Shown piece after piece: positions 18,150 to 28,736 of a stretch of DNA of 64,000 nt (position 1 is the first letter of the stretch; the number at the start of each line of letters is the position of its first letter). The DNA comes from Myxococcota bacterium (lineage in GTDB: Bacteria > Myxococcota_A > UBA9160 > UBA6930). A model generated the notes under the pieces. The model saw only the letters and a program-made list of their open reading frames with translations. It did not search any database and had not been told where the DNA came from. The stretch spans positions 80,538 to 144,537 of the forward strand of contig JANQOX010000019.1 of assembly GCA_028285625.1 (NCBI GenBank), written 5' to 3'. Position numbers and translations under genes: made by a program.

Positions 18150-18350
18150 CGATGCGCACTCCTTCGGCGAGTCGGGCGAGTTCGGCGGATCAGGGCGAGC
18201 CGGGCGGATCCGGTGGATCGGCCGAGCGACGACCCCAGCGCCTTCGGCCGGACGGCCGGGTCGCTGGACGCCGGAATCGGCAGGGAGGGGTAGCAACTCA
18301 ACCCCTCCCCGGCTCGCCGGGCGCGACGGTGGGTGCGAGAATCCGCGCCC

Positions 18351-19658
18351 ATGGCCAAGGCACCGCTCCAGCCCCCGCGCGGGACCCGCGACTTCTACCC
18401 CGACGCCTTCCGCAGGCGGGCGTGGCTATTCGACCACTTCCGCGAGGTGTCCCGGCGCTTCGGCTTCGAGGAGGTCGATGCGCCGGTGGTCGAGCACGCC
18501 GAGCTCTACCAGCGCAAGGCCGGCGAGGAGATCGTCGACCAGCTCTACCACTTCGAGCTGCACGACCGGCACCTGGCCCTGCGCTCGGAGTTCACGCCCT
18601 CGCTCGCGCGCATGGTGATGGCCCGCCAGGGCGGCCTGCGGCTCCCGATCCGCTGGTGCGCCATCCCGCAGTGCTGGCGCTACGAGCGCATGACCCGCGG
18701 GCGCACCCGCGAGCACTACCAGTGGAACATGGACGTGTGGGGCGAACCCGACGTCACCGCCGAGGCCGAGCTGATCGCCGCCATCTTCTCACTGCTCGAC
18801 CGCGTGGGCCTCGAACCGGGCGACGTGCGCATGCGCATCAACAGCCGCGCCCTGCTGGACGAGAGCCTGCGCGAAGGCCTGCTCCGCGACCGGCCCGAGG
18901 CGTTCGAGCCCCTGTGCGTGGTGATCGACAAGCTCGACAAGGTGGGCGCGGACACCGTGGTCGAGCAGCTCGCCGACCCGGCCGGCGCCGTGGCGATCTC
19001 CGAGTCGGCCGCGCGCGAGGTGGTCTCCCTGCTCTCCGTACGCGACCTCGAAGAGGCGGCGAAGCGCGCACCCGAGGGCTCGCCCGCCATCGCCGAGCTG
19101 CGCCGGCTCTTCGACCTTCTCGAGGCCTACGGCGTGCGCGACCGGGTGGTCTTCGACGCTTCGGTGGTGCGGGGGCTCGCCTACTACACCGGGGTCGTGT
19201 TCGAGGCGTTCGATACCGCGGGAAGCCTGCGCGCGGTCTGCGGAGGCGGTCGCTACGACCGGCTGCTCGAAACCCTGGGCGGAAAGCCCCTGCCCGCGGT
19301 GGGCTTCGGCTTCGGCGACGCCGTGATCGGCGAGCTGCTCGAGGAGAAGAAGCGCTGGCCCGAGCTGCCGCGCGCCCTCGATGCCCTGGTCTACGCCTTC
19401 GGCGAGACCGAACGGCCGGCGGCGATCGGCCTGGCCAGCCGGCTGCGCGACGAGGGCCAGGCGGTCGAACTGGTGCTCGGCCGCCCGAAGGTCAAGCGCG
19501 CCCTGGCCGACGCCGACCGTGCGGGGGCGACGCGCATCTACCTGCTGGGGCCCGACGAAACCGCCCGGGGCGTGGCCCGGGTCCGCGACCTGGCCAGCGG
19601 CGAGGAACGCGACGAGCCCCTCGCCGGCGACGCACCCAACCCTGCGGGCATCGGCTAG
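18351..19658 (+). CDS. hisS: Histidine--tRNA ligase
   Basis: PRGTRDFYP, LRSEFTPSLAR, RGLAYYTG, GGGRYD, GFGFG. Confidence 0.95.
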   Translation: MAKAPLQPPRGTRDFYPDAFRRRAWLFDHFREVSRRFGFEEVDAPVVEHAELYQRKAGEEIVDQLYHFELHDRHLALRSEFTPSLARMVMARQGGLRLPIRWCAIPQCWRYERMTRGRTREHYQWNMDVWGEPDVTAEAELIAAIFSLLDRVGLEPGDVRMRINSRALLDESLREGLLRDRPEAFEPLCVVIDKLDKVGADTVVEQLADPAGAVAISESAAREVVSLLSVRDLEEAAKRAPEGSPAIAELRRLFDLLEAYGVRDRVVFDASVVRGLAYYTGVVFEAFDTAGSLRAVCGGGRYDRLLETLGGKPLPAVGFGFGDAVIGELLEEKKRWPELPRALDALVYAFGETERPAAIGLASRLRDEGQAVELVLGRPKVKRALADADRAGATRIYLLGPDETARGVARVRDLASGEERDEPLAGDAPNPAGIG

Positions 19659-19668
19659 CTTGGCGCCC

Positions 19669-21570
19669 GTGCACGGCTGGAGCGTGAAGGACAGCCTCGA
19701 GTTGTACGGGGTCCCGGCCTGGGGCCGCGGCTACTTCGACGTGCTCGACACGGGGCACCTGGCCGTGCGGCCCCAGGGTCCGGGCGGCCCGGCCATCGAC
19801 CTGCGCAACCTCGTGGACGACCTGCGCGGGCGCGGACTGCGCAGCCCCATGCTCGTGCGCTTCTCGGACGTGCTGGCGGGCCGCATCGCCTCCATCGCCG
19901 GGGCCTTCGGCGGCGCCATCGAGGCGTACGAGTACACCGGTCAGTACCGCGGCGTCTACCCGATCAAGGTGAACCAGCAGCGCCACGTGGTGGAGGAGAT
20001 CGTCTCGTTCGGCGCGGAGTTCGGCGTCGGGCTCGAAGCGGGCAGCAAACCCGAGCTGCTGATCGCCCTGGCCGAGCTCGACACGCCGGGCGCCCTGATC
20101 GTGTGCAACGGCTACAAGGACCGCGCCTACGTCGAGACGGCACTGCTCGCCCAGCGACTGGGACGGACGCCGGTGATCGTGATCGACCGCTTCCACGAGC
20201 TCGAACTGGTGATCAAGACGGCCAGCGAGCTGGGCATCCGGCCGCACCTGGGCGTGCGCGCGCGGCTCTCGTCGCGCGGCGCCGGCAAGTGGCAGGAGAG
20301 CACCGGCGATCGCTCCAAGTTCGGGCTCAGCAGCGCCGAGATCGTCGAGGCGGTCGAGCGGCTTCGCGCCGACGACATGGTCTCGTGCCTCGAGCTGCTG
20401 CACTTCCACATCGGCTCCCAGATCACGTCGATCCGGGCGCACAAGGACGCCCTGCGCGAGGCCAGCCGCATCTACGTGGGCCTGCACGAGCTGGGAGCGC
20501 AGCCCCACCTGTTCGACGTGGGGGGCGGGCTCGGCGTCGACTACGACGGCTCGCAGACGAACTTCCACTCGAGCAAGAACTACTCGGTGCAGGAGTACGC
20601 CAACGACGTGGTGGCGACGATCCAGCAGGCCTGCGACGAGGCCAGCGTCCCGCACCCCGACGTCGTGACCGAGGCTGGACGCTGGATGGTCGCCCACCAC
20701 TCGATGCTCGTATTCGACGTTCTCGGCGTGAACGAGGTGCGACCGCGTGGCGAACCGGCGCCGGTCTCGGCGGAAGACCCGCAGGTGCTGCAGGACCTGC
20801 AGGAGGTGCTCCGGACCGCCAACCGCAAGAACGCCACCGAGTGCTACCACGACGCCATCCAGCTGAAGGACGACGCCGCCGCACTGTTCTCGTTGGGCCA
20901 GATGGACCTGCGCACCCGCGCGCGCGTAGAGCGCCTGTTCTGGGCGTGCCTCGAGCGGATCCAGCGTTGCGCGCGCGAGCTGCCGCGCATCCCCGAAGAC
21001 CTCGAGGACCTCGAGAAGCACCTGGCCGATACGTACTACGGCAACTTCTCGGTCTTCCAGAGCGCGCCCGACCACTGGGCGGTGAAGCAGCTGTTTCCGG
21101 TGATGCCGCTCCATCGGCTGGACGAGCGCCCCACGCGACGCGGCGTGCTGGCCGACCTCACCTGCGACAGCGATGGCAAGATCGATCAGTTCATCGACGC
21201 GCACGACGTGAAGGACGTGCTCGAGCTCCACCCCTTCGACGGCCGGCCCTACTACCTGGGCGTGTTCCTGATGGGCGCCTACCAGGAGATCCTCGGCGAC
21301 CTGCACAACCTGTTCGGCGACACCGACGCCGTGCACGTCCGCCACGCGGGCGACGGGAACTACCAGGTCGAACACGTGGTCGAAGGCGAGCAGATCCACG
21401 ACGTGCTCGCCTACGTCCAGTACGACCAGAAGGCCCTGAAGGAGAAGGTGCGCCGGCTCTCGGAGCAGGCGCTTCGCCGCGGCGACATCTCGCTCGAGGA
21501 GTCGACCCGGCTGCGGCGTCGCTACGAGCAGGGTCTCTGGGAATACACGTACCTCGACCCCGACGCCTGA
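19669..21570 (+). CDS. speA: Biosynthetic arginine decarboxylase
   Basis: YPIKVNQ (PLP Lys), GLEAGSKPEL, HFHIGSQI, DVGGGLGVDYDG, DLTCDSDG, GAYQEILGDLHNLFG; start approximate. Confidence 0.95.
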   Translation: MHGWSVKDSLELYGVPAWGRGYFDVLDTGHLAVRPQGPGGPAIDLRNLVDDLRGRGLRSPMLVRFSDVLAGRIASIAGAFGGAIEAYEYTGQYRGVYPIKVNQQRHVVEEIVSFGAEFGVGLEAGSKPELLIALAELDTPGALIVCNGYKDRAYVETALLAQRLGRTPVIVIDRFHELELVIKTASELGIRPHLGVRARLSSRGAGKWQESTGDRSKFGLSSAEIVEAVERLRADDMVSCLELLHFHIGSQITSIRAHKDALREASRIYVGLHELGAQPHLFDVGGGLGVDYDGSQTNFHSSKNYSVQEYANDVVATIQQACDEASVPHPDVVTEAGRWMVAHHSMLVFDVLGVNEVRPRGEPAPVSAEDPQVLQDLQEVLRTANRKNATECYHDAIQLKDDAAALFSLGQMDLRTRARVERLFWACLERIQRCARELPRIPEDLEDLEKHLADTYYGNFSVFQSAPDHWAVKQLFPVMPLHRLDERPTRRGVLADLTCDSDGKIDQFIDAHDVKDVLELHPFDGRPYYLGVFLMGAYQEILGDLHNLFGDTDAVHVRHAGDGNYQVEHVVEGEQIHDVLAYVQYDQKALKEKVRRLSEQALRRGDISLEESTRLRRRYEQGLWEYTYLDPDA

Positions 21571-21577
21571 CCGAGCC

Positions 21578-22384
21578 TTGGCGCGTCCGCTCCGCATCGT
21601 CTCCTGGAACGTGAACGGCCTGCGCGCGTGCGCGCGCAAGGGCTTCGGCGACTGGCTCGCGCGTGACCGCGCTTGGCTGGTGGGCGTGCAGGAGGTGCGC
21701 GCCCTTCCCGAGCAGCTGCCCGACGAGATCGCCCGCCCTCGCGGCTGGCACACGCACTTCGTGGCGGCCGAGAAGAAGGGCTACAGCGGCGTCGGGTTCT
21801 TCGCGCGCCAGGCCCCCGACGAGGTGCAGACGAGCCTCGGAATCCCCAGCCTGGATCGCGAGGGACGCCTCGTGATTGCGCGCTTCGGCCGGTTGGTGGT
21901 GGCCAACGGCTACTTCCCGAAGGGCAGCGGCACGGCACGCGACAACAGCCGCGTGCCGTACAAGCTGCGCTTCTACCGCGCCGTCTTCGACCGCCTGGCC
22001 ACCCTGCGCCGGGGCGGCCGCCGGGTGCTGGTGATGGGCGACCTCAACACCGCCCACCGCGAGATCGACCTGGCCCGGCCGAAGGGCAACCGCGAGAACA
22101 GCGGCTTTCTCGACGTCGAACGCCGCGAACTCGACCGCTGGCTGGCCGCCGGCTGGGTGGACACCTTCCGCCGCTTCGAGCCGGGGCCGGGCCACTACTC
22201 GTGGTGGAGCCAGATGCCGGGCATGCGCGAACGCAACGTGGGATGGCGCATCGACTACATCCTCGCCTCGGCCGCGGCCATGCGCTTCGTGCGCAGCGCG
22301 TTCATCACGCCCGACGTACGCGGCTCGGACCACTGCCCGGTGGGCGTCAGCGTCGACGCCGGGATCCTCGGGGCCTCTTCGTAG
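21578..22384 (+). CDS. xth: Exodeoxyribonuclease III / AP endonuclease
   Basis: SWNVNGLRA, KGYSGV, GDLNTAH, GWRIDY, GSDHCP. Confidence 0.9.
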   Translation: MARPLRIVSWNVNGLRACARKGFGDWLARDRAWLVGVQEVRALPEQLPDEIARPRGWHTHFVAAEKKGYSGVGFFARQAPDEVQTSLGIPSLDREGRLVIARFGRLVVANGYFPKGSGTARDNSRVPYKLRFYRAVFDRLATLRRGGRRVLVMGDLNTAHREIDLARPKGNRENSGFLDVERRELDRWLAAGWVDTFRRFEPGPGHYSWWSQMPGMRERNVGWRIDYILASAAAMRFVRSAFITPDVRGSDHCPVGVSVDAGILGASS

Positions 22385-22397
22385 GAGAGCTCCCGCA

Positions 22398-23918
22398 TCA
22401 GGCGTCGCCACGCGGGTGGATCCACGCCGGAAGCAGGTCGTTGGGGTCGATCTTCGGGGCGTTCCCCGCGGCGCAGAGCGAATGGTCGAGCGCGCCCCCG
22501 GCGTAGGCGTCGAAGAGGTCGGTGCAGCCGCCGATCCACTTCCCGCCCACGTAGATCTGCGGGATCGTCGAGGCCCCGGTCCGCTTCGAGAGCACGGCGC
22601 GGATCCGACCTCCGAGGTCGTCTCGTTGGAAGGGCACCGAGTCGAGATCGACGCTCCGGAAGTCCACCGCCAGGTGCGCGAAGAGCTTGCGAGCCGACCA
22701 GCAGAACTCGCACCAGGCCAGGGCGAACATGACGACGTGGTTCTCCGCCACGACTTCGTCGACGAAGCGCTCCGCTTCTTCGTCGACGAAGCGCTCCGCT
22801 TCTTCGTCCACCGGCTCGCGCTCGCGGACCGCGGGGCGCTCGGGGCGGGGGCCCGGCGTGGGTGCCGGCGCGGTCACGTCGAAGCGCTGGCTCGGTGTCG
22901 AGCGCGAGATCGCGCGCTCGTCCGCGTCCATCTCTTCCGCGACGCCTTCGAACAGGGGCGTCGAGAGGTAGCGCTCCCCCGTATCCGGAAGCATGCAGAC
23001 GATGCGGGAGCCCTCCGGAGCCTCCGAGGCAACGAGCAGGGTAGCGGCGAGGGTGGCCCCGCTCGAGGTTCCTGCGAAGATGCCCTCCTCCCGCGCCAGC
23101 GCGCGCGCGCGTTCCATCGCATCCTCGCCGGACACGCCCACGACCCGATCGACGAGGCCCAGGTCCTGCGCCTCCTCGGTCAGCTTCGAGACGAAGTCCG
23201 GGCTCCATCCCTGCATCAGGTGGGGGCGGAAGCTCGGATGGCTGCCGCTGGGCCGGCCCGCCTCGTCGCGCGGCTGGGGGACCCGGCTGCCCAACAGGGG
23301 AGCGTTGTCGGGCTCGGCGGCCACGACACGAATCGACGGCCGGCACGCCTTGAGCCCGCGGGCCACACCCTTCAGGGTGCCCCCCGTACCGAAGCCGGAC
23401 ACGAAGAAGTCGGGTCCATCGCCGTCGAAGTCGTCGAGGATCTCGCGTGCGGTCGTCTCGGTGTGGATGTCGGCGTTGGCTTCGTTCTCGAACTGTCGGC
23501 AGAGATACCAGCCGTGTGCGTCGGCGAGCTCGACGGCCTTGTTGAGCATCCCCGTCCCCTTCTCGGAAGCCGGGGTGAGCACCACCTGCGCGCCGAGGAA
23601 CCGGAGCAGCCGGCGGCGCTCGATGCTGAAGTTCTCGGCCATCGTGACCACGAGCGGATGCCCCAGGCGCGCACAGACCATCGCCAGACCGATGCCGGTG
23701 TTGCCGCTCGTCGCCTCGATCACCGTCTGCCCGGGAGCGAGGTGGCCGCGCGCGCGCGCGCGCTCGACCACCGCGCGCGCCATGCGGTCCTTCACGGAGC
23801 CCATCGGGTTCATCGACTCGACCTTCGCCCAGACCTCTACGTGAGGCGGAGCGAGCCGTGCGAGCCGAACGAGGGGTGTGTTTCCGATCGTGTCGAGGAT
23901 GCTGTCGTAGCGAGCCAT
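22398..23918 (-). CDS. cysK: Cysteine synthase A-like PLP enzyme fused to a C-terminal glutaredoxin
   Basis: IGNTPLV, NPMGSVKDR, ATSGNTGIG, GTGGT, PDTGERYLST; C-terminal WCEFC, TIPQIYVGGKWIGGCTD. Confidence 0.85.
   Translation of the reverse strand: MARYDSILDTIGNTPLVRLARLAPPHVEVWAKVESMNPMGSVKDRMARAVVERARARGHLAPGQTVIEATSGNTGIGLAMVCARLGHPLVVTMAENFSIERRRLLRFLGAQVVLTPASEKGTGMLNKAVELADAHGWYLCRQFENEANADIHTETTAREILDDFDGDGPDFFVSGFGTGGTLKGVARGLKACRPSIRVVAAEPDNAPLLGSRVPQPRDEAGRPSGSHPSFRPHLMQGWSPDFVSKLTEEAQDLGLVDRVVGVSGEDAMERARALAREEGIFAGTSSGATLAATLLVASEAPEGSRIVCMLPDTGERYLSTPLFEGVAEEMDADERAISRSTPSQRFDVTAPAPTPGPRPERPAVREREPVDEEAERFVDEEAERFVDEVVAENHVVMFALAWCEFCWSARKLFAHLAVDFRSVDLDSVPFQRDDLGGRIRAVLSKRTGASTIPQIYVGGKWIGGCTDLFDAYAGGALDHSLCAAGNAPKIDPNDLLPAWIHPRGDA
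22754..22809. repeat. 24-bp in-frame tandem duplication (DEEAERFV x2) in the CysK-Grx linker
   Basis: cttcgtcgacgaagcgctccgctt occurs twice, plus a partial copy. Confidence 0.85.
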
Positions 23919-23995
23919 CGGGTTCTCCTTGGGTTGGGCGAGCCGGCGCGTCGCCGGGCCGCGAGCGGTGTCTCGCCGCTCGTTGCCCGGACCCA

Positions 23996-24013
23996 ATCCA
24001 AGACGCGTGCCAA
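23996..24013 (-). promoter_or_regulatory. Putative sigma54 promoter for cysK-grx
   Basis: Minus strand TTGGCACGCGTCTTGGAT: perfect -24 TGGCAC, variant -12 TTGG. Confidence 0.5.
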
Positions 24014-24066
24014 GGCCCGTCCTCCGCGAAGCCACCGGATTCCAGGGACTTGCCACGACGGACGGC

Positions 24067-24138
24067 TCACGGGATCTCGCGACTCCCGAGATCTCGGAGC
24101 GCCGAGAGCGAGATCCCGGGAGTCACGAGAGCCCGGCT
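24067..24138. promoter_or_regulatory. Array of four imperfect 16-bp palindromes (candidate enhancer-binding-protein UAS)
   Basis: TCACGGGATCTCGCGA (24067), TCCCGAGATCTCGGAG (24084), GAGCGAGATCCCGGGA (24106), TCACGAGAGCCCGGCT (24123). Confidence 0.65.
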
Positions 24139-24184
24139 CCCGGCGGATGCGAGCGTTTCCGGGGAGTTGACGCGGACCGAGGCG

Positions 24185-24201
24185 TCGGCACGCCCCTTGC
24201 T
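24185..24201 (+). promoter_or_regulatory. Sigma54 -24/-12 promoter for the ferritin-like gene
   Basis: TCGGCACGCCCCTTGCT with GG-N10-GC spacing. Confidence 0.7.
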
Positions 24202-24289
24202 CTTGCACGGGGCCACGAGCGCTCACGCTCGTCCGCGACGACGACCAGCGCGGTCGCCCGCGGCATCCACATCACGAGAGGATCGAGTC

Positions 24290-25252
24290 ATGAGCCAGAG
24301 CACTTCCTTCCACCACGAAGATCGACATGCCCGCTGCATCGCGGCTTCCAAGCGCGTCCGCTGGACGATCGAGGACCTGCTCGGGGAACGCAGCCTGGAC
24401 TTCGGGCGCAAGTTCCTCCCGGATGCGCTGACCGGTGTCGCGAGTGCCGGGCTCGCCCCGGATGACCAACGGCTGGTGAGCCAGATCCAGGGCCGCACCT
24501 ACGCCAACATGTTCGGGCTGGTCGAGCGCTACATCAACGCCAAGGTCGTGGACGTGCAGCAGCAGTACGTGCTCGGCGACCAGGTCGCACTCGAAGCCCT
24601 GGTCCGCTTCAGCGATGAGGAGCTCAAGCACCAGGAGCTGTTCCGCCGCGTGGAGCAGATGACCGTACCGGGCATGCCCGCGGGCTACTCGTTCGCGGCC
24701 GACCCCGACGAGGTCGCGGCGGCGGTGCTGGCGCACTCGCCGTGGTCGGTGCTGGGGCTGACCCACGCAATCGAGCTGGTCACGCAGGTGCACTACCGCG
24801 CGAGCATCGGGCCCGAGCCCGACCTCTGCCCGCTGTTCAAGGACATCTTCCACCACCACTGGATGGAAGAAGCCCAGCACGCGACGCTCGATGAGATCGA
24901 GTGGCAGTGCGAGGACAGGCGCCTGTCGCATCGAGAGCGCGACCAGGGCGTGGACGATCTGATCGCGCTCGTAGGCGCCGTCGATGGCATCCTGCGTTCC
25001 CAGGCCACGGCGGACGCGGCCTACTTCATGCACGCCAGCTGGCGCTCTCACGGCGGCGACAGCCGCACCCGGATCGAGCAGCTCTTCCTCGACGCCTACC
25101 GGTGGCAATACATCCTCTCGGGCGTGACCCTGCGGCGCTTCCAGGAGGTGCTCGGGGCCATGGTCTCGAAGCGGCAGCTGGATCGGATCCAGCGTGCCCT
25201 CGCGGGCCTGGCGCCTCAGGCGGGATCGGCCTTCGCCGTCCGCCTGACCTAG
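24290..25252 (+). CDS. Ferritin-like diiron-fold protein of unknown function
   Basis: E..EELKH and E..EEAQH paired ExxH motifs; helical; start MSQSTS. Confidence 0.65.
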   Translation: MSQSTSFHHEDRHARCIAASKRVRWTIEDLLGERSLDFGRKFLPDALTGVASAGLAPDDQRLVSQIQGRTYANMFGLVERYINAKVVDVQQQYVLGDQVALEALVRFSDEELKHQELFRRVEQMTVPGMPAGYSFAADPDEVAAAVLAHSPWSVLGLTHAIELVTQVHYRASIGPEPDLCPLFKDIFHHHWMEEAQHATLDEIEWQCEDRRLSHRERDQGVDDLIALVGAVDGILRSQATADAAYFMHASWRSHGGDSRTRIEQLFLDAYRWQYILSGVTLRRFQEVLGAMVSKRQLDRIQRALAGLAPQAGSAFAVRLT

Positions 25253-25273
25253 TGCGCTGGTTCGAAGGGGAGG

Positions 25274-25297
25274 CGGGCGGGCCGACCGGCCCGCCCG
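25274..25297 (+). terminator. GC-rich hairpin after the ferritin-like gene (no U-tract)
   Basis: CGGGCGGGCC-GACC-GGCCCGCCCG, perfect 10-bp stem. Confidence 0.4.
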
Positions 25298-25402
25298 TCG
25301 CACCGGACTCCAGCGCCCCATCGGTTTGCGATCCGGGTCGTTTGCGACGAAGGTCGGGTAGTTCGTCGCGCCTCGTGCGACAGGGAACTCCAGGAGCCAC
25401 CG

Positions 25403-26959
25403 ATGAGATCTTCCGACGAGAGCCGGCTCCAGGTCGACCCGCAGGTCCTCACCGCGATCGTGGAGGGCACGGCGGTCGAATCGGGCGAGCGGTTCTTCCA
25501 CCAGCTCGTCCGGCATCTCTCGCGCGCCCTGGGCACGCGGTGCAGCTGGGTCACGGAGTGGCTGCCGGCCCAGCGCCGACTACGCGCCCTCGCCTTCTTC
25601 GTGGACGACGTGGACCAGGGCGACTACGAGTACGCCATCCAGGGCACGCCCTGTGAGCCGGTCATCGACAACCGCGAACTCGTGCACGTTCCCGAGCGCC
25701 TGATCGAGCTCTACCCGGACGACCCGGACCTCGAGCCTCTGCGCGCGGTCAGCTACCTGGGGATCCCCCTCTTCGACACCGACGGCCGGCTGCTCGGCCA
25801 CCTCGCCGTCATGCACGACGAGCCGATGCAGGCGAACGAGGAGAGTCGGGCCATCTTCGAGATCTTCGCGGGTCGTGCGGCGGCAGAGCTTCGTCGCATG
25901 CAACGCGACCGCGCGCTCGAACAGAGCGAGAGCGACAGGGCGTACCTCTCGAGAGAGCCGGGTGCGCGTCCCGGCTCGGGCGAGATCATCGGTGAGAGCG
26001 CGGCACTCGACGAGATGCTCCGGGACGTCGCCCGGGTCGCGGCCACGCCCACGACCGTCCTCATCACGGGAGAGACGGGGACCGGCAAGGAGCTCGTGGC
26101 GCGCGCCATCCACAACCGCAGCGACCGGGCCGACGGGCCGCTCATCAAGGTGAACTGCGCGGCCATTCCCGCAGGCCTCCAGGAGAGCGAGTTCTTCGGG
26201 CACGAGAAGGGCGCGTTCACCGGCGCGACCGCGCGCCGGGCGGGCCGATTCAAGCTGGCGGACGGGGGGACCATCTTCCTGGACGAGGTGGGCGAGCTGC
26301 CGCCCGACCTGCAGGCGAAGCTCCTGCGGGTGCTCCAGGAGGGGGAGTTCGAGGCGGTGGGGGGAACGCGGACCGAGCGCGTGGACGTGCGGGTGATCGC
26401 GGCGACCCACCGCGACCTGCCCAGACGGGTCGAGGAAGGACGGTTCCGCGAAGACCTCTACTACCGGCTGAACGTCTTTCCCCTGCACGTGCCGCCGCTT
26501 CGCGACCGCGGCGAAGACACGCTGCTGTTGGCGGAGGGCTTCGCGGCACGATACGCGCAGGGGCTGGGTTGGGGTGTCCCACGCCTCGAAGACGCCGACC
26601 GACGCCGGCTTCTCGCCTACGACTGGCCCGGCAACATCCGCGAGCTGCAGAACGTGATCGAGCGCGCCGTCATCACCTCGACCGACGGCAGCCGGCTGAA
26701 CCTCGAGCGAGCGCTCCCGGACCTGGCGCGGTCCGCCGCCGATCTGCAGACCGAGGCGGTCCTCCGTGAGCCCGACGCGATCCTCAGTGACCAGGAAGTC
26801 CGTACGCTCGAGCGGGCGAACATGGTCCGCGCGCTCGAGGCCAGCGGGTGGAAGATCTCCGGGGCCGCCGGTGCTGCAGCGCGCCTCGGCCTTCGACCGA
26901 ACACGCTGAGCTCGCGGATGAAGTCGCTCGGCATCCAGCGGGGGCCGAAGGGCGGCTAG
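25403..26959 (+). CDS. Sigma54-dependent transcriptional activator (GAF + AAA+ + HTH)
   Basis: N-terminal GAF (GTPCEPV, YLGIPL); [31 protein letters not shown]; C-terminal HTH. Confidence 0.92.
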   Translation: MRSSDESRLQVDPQVLTAIVEGTAVESGERFFHQLVRHLSRALGTRCSWVTEWLPAQRRLRALAFFVDDVDQGDYEYAIQGTPCEPVIDNRELVHVPERLIELYPDDPDLEPLRAVSYLGIPLFDTDGRLLGHLAVMHDEPMQANEESRAIFEIFAGRAAAELRRMQRDRALEQSESDRAYLSREPGARPGSGEIIGESAALDEMLRDVARVAATPTTVLITGETGTGKELVARAIHNRSDRADGPLIKVNCAAIPAGLQESEFFGHEKGAFTGATARRAGRFKLADGGTIFLDEVGELPPDLQAKLLRVLQEGEFEAVGGTRTERVDVRVIAATHRDLPRRVEEGRFREDLYYRLNVFPLHVPPLRDRGEDTLLLAEGFAARYAQGLGWGVPRLEDADRRRLLAYDWPGNIRELQNVIERAVITSTDGSRLNLERALPDLARSAADLQTEAVLREPDAILSDQEVRTLERANMVRALEASGWKISGAAGAAARLGLRPNTLSSRMKSLGIQRGPKGG

Positions 26960-26982
26960 CAGCCTCGGGCGCGCCGCCGACC

Positions 26983-27011
26983 TCGACATTATACCGTCCA
27001 GACGGTATAGT
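26983..27011 (+). promoter_or_regulatory. Sigma70-like promoter with embedded perfect palindromic operator upstream of betA
   Basis: TCGACA-17-TATAGT; TATACCGTC-CA-GACGGTATA at 26990-27009. Confidence 0.7.
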
Positions 27012-27021
27012 AATCGGCCCC

Positions 27022-28665
27022 ATGGCGACCCGACCCTCTTACGACTTCGTGATCGTCGGCGGCGGCTCCGCGGGCTGCGCACTGGCACGGCGCCTCTCGG
27101 ACGACCCGTCGGTGCGGGTGCTGGTCCTCGAGGCCGGGCGTGCCGACGCGTGGTGGGACGTGGGCATCCACATGCCCGCGGCGCTGATGATCCCGCAGGG
27201 CAACCGCTTCTACGATTGGCGCTATCGGTCGGAGCCCGAGCCGCAGATGGCCGGCCGCCGCGTCGACCACGCCCGCGGCAAGGTGCTGGGCGGCTCGAGC
27301 AGCATCAACGGCATGATCTTCCAGCGCGGCAACCCGGCCGACTACGACGGCTGGTCGCGCGAGCCGGGGCTCGACCGGTGGAGCTACGCCCACTGCCTGC
27401 CCTACTTCAAGCGCATGGAACGCTGCGCCGACGGCGACCCGGCGTTTCGCGGCCGCGAAGGACCGCTCGTCCTCGAGCGAGGACCTGCCCAGGGCCCGCT
27501 GTTCGACGCGTTCTTCGCCGCGGCCGAGCAGGCGGGGCACCCCCTGCGCGACGACGTGAACGGCGCCGAGCAGGAGGGATTCAGCCGCTTCGACCGCAAC
27601 GTCGAGCGCGGGCGCCGACTCTCGGCTGCGCGTGCCTACCTGCACCCGGTACGAAACCGTCCGAACCTCGAGGTCGTCACGCGCGCGTTCGCCACGCGCA
27701 TCCGCTTCGAGGGCCGCCGCGCCGTGGGCGTCGACTACCGCCGCAATGGCCGCATGCAGCACGCGCCGGCGGGCGAGGTGATCTGCAGCGGCGGCGCCAT
27801 CAACTCTCCGCAGCTGCTCCAGCTCTCCGGCGTCGGCCCGGCGGGCCTGCTGCGCGACACGGGCGTCCCCCTGGTGCACGACCTGCCGGGGGTGGGCGCG
27901 AACCTCCAGGACCACCTCGAGGTCTACGTCCAGCACGGCTGCACCCAGCCGGTCTCGATGGCGCCGCACTTGAAGCTGTGGAAGCGCCCCTGGATCGGCC
28001 TGCAGTGGCTCGCCGGCCGGGGCCCCGGCATGACGAACCACTTCGAGGCCGGGGGCTTCATCAAGAGCCACCCGGGTGCGCCCTACCCCAACCTGATGAT
28101 CCACTTCCTGCCGCTGGCGATCCGCTACGACGGCACCCGACCGACCGCAGGCCACGGCTACCAGCTCCACATCGGGCCGATGCTGTCGGACGCGCGCGGC
28201 TCGGTCCAGATCCGCTCGGCGGACCCGCGCGTGCCCCCGAGCCTGCGCTTCAACTACCTGTCCACCGAGCAGGATCGCCGCGAGTGGGTCGAGGCCATCG
28301 CAGCGGCACGCCACCTGCTGGAGCAGCCGGCCTTCCGCGCGTTCGACCGCGGCGAGCTCTCGCCGGGGCCCGAGGTGGAGACCGAGAAGCAGGTGCTCGA
28401 CTGGGTGGCGCGCGACGCCGAGACGGCGCTGCATCCCTCGTGCAGCTGCCGCATGGGCACCGACCCGCTCTCGGTGGTCGACCCCGACTCGCTTCGCGTG
28501 CACGGGACCGAAGGCCTGCGCGTGGTGGACGCCTCGGTCATGCCGCGCATCACCAACGGCAACATCTACGCCCCGGTGATGATGATCGCCGAGAAGGCCG
28601 CCGACACCATCGCCGGCCGCACCCCGCTCCCGCCCGAGCGCCTGGCCGCCGCCCGCGCGGCCTGA
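27022..28665 (+). CDS. betA: Choline dehydrogenase (GMC oxidoreductase)
   Basis: [50 protein letters not shown]. Confidence 0.85.
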   Translation: MATRPSYDFVIVGGGSAGCALARRLSDDPSVRVLVLEAGRADAWWDVGIHMPAALMIPQGNRFYDWRYRSEPEPQMAGRRVDHARGKVLGGSSSINGMIFQRGNPADYDGWSREPGLDRWSYAHCLPYFKRMERCADGDPAFRGREGPLVLERGPAQGPLFDAFFAAAEQAGHPLRDDVNGAEQEGFSRFDRNVERGRRLSAARAYLHPVRNRPNLEVVTRAFATRIRFEGRRAVGVDYRRNGRMQHAPAGEVICSGGAINSPQLLQLSGVGPAGLLRDTGVPLVHDLPGVGANLQDHLEVYVQHGCTQPVSMAPHLKLWKRPWIGLQWLAGRGPGMTNHFEAGGFIKSHPGAPYPNLMIHFLPLAIRYDGTRPTAGHGYQLHIGPMLSDARGSVQIRSADPRVPPSLRFNYLSTEQDRREWVEAIAAARHLLEQPAFRAFDRGELSPGPEVETEKQVLDWVARDAETALHPSCSCRMGTDPLSVVDPDSLRVHGTEGLRVVDASVMPRITNGNIYAPVMMIAEKAADTIAGRTPLPPERLAAARAA

Positions 28666-28736
28666 CGCGATGCGGCCGCCCGACGCGGTCGCGAGCTGAC
28701 CCGACAGCCTCCAGGCCGGCCGATCGTCCGCCCTGC

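Noticed and set aside
18283-18309. Inverted repeat GGGAGGGGT-N9-ACCCCTCCC upstream of hisS as a T-box or attenuator
   Set aside because: No T-box motif, leader peptide or U-tract; too little evidence to assign a function
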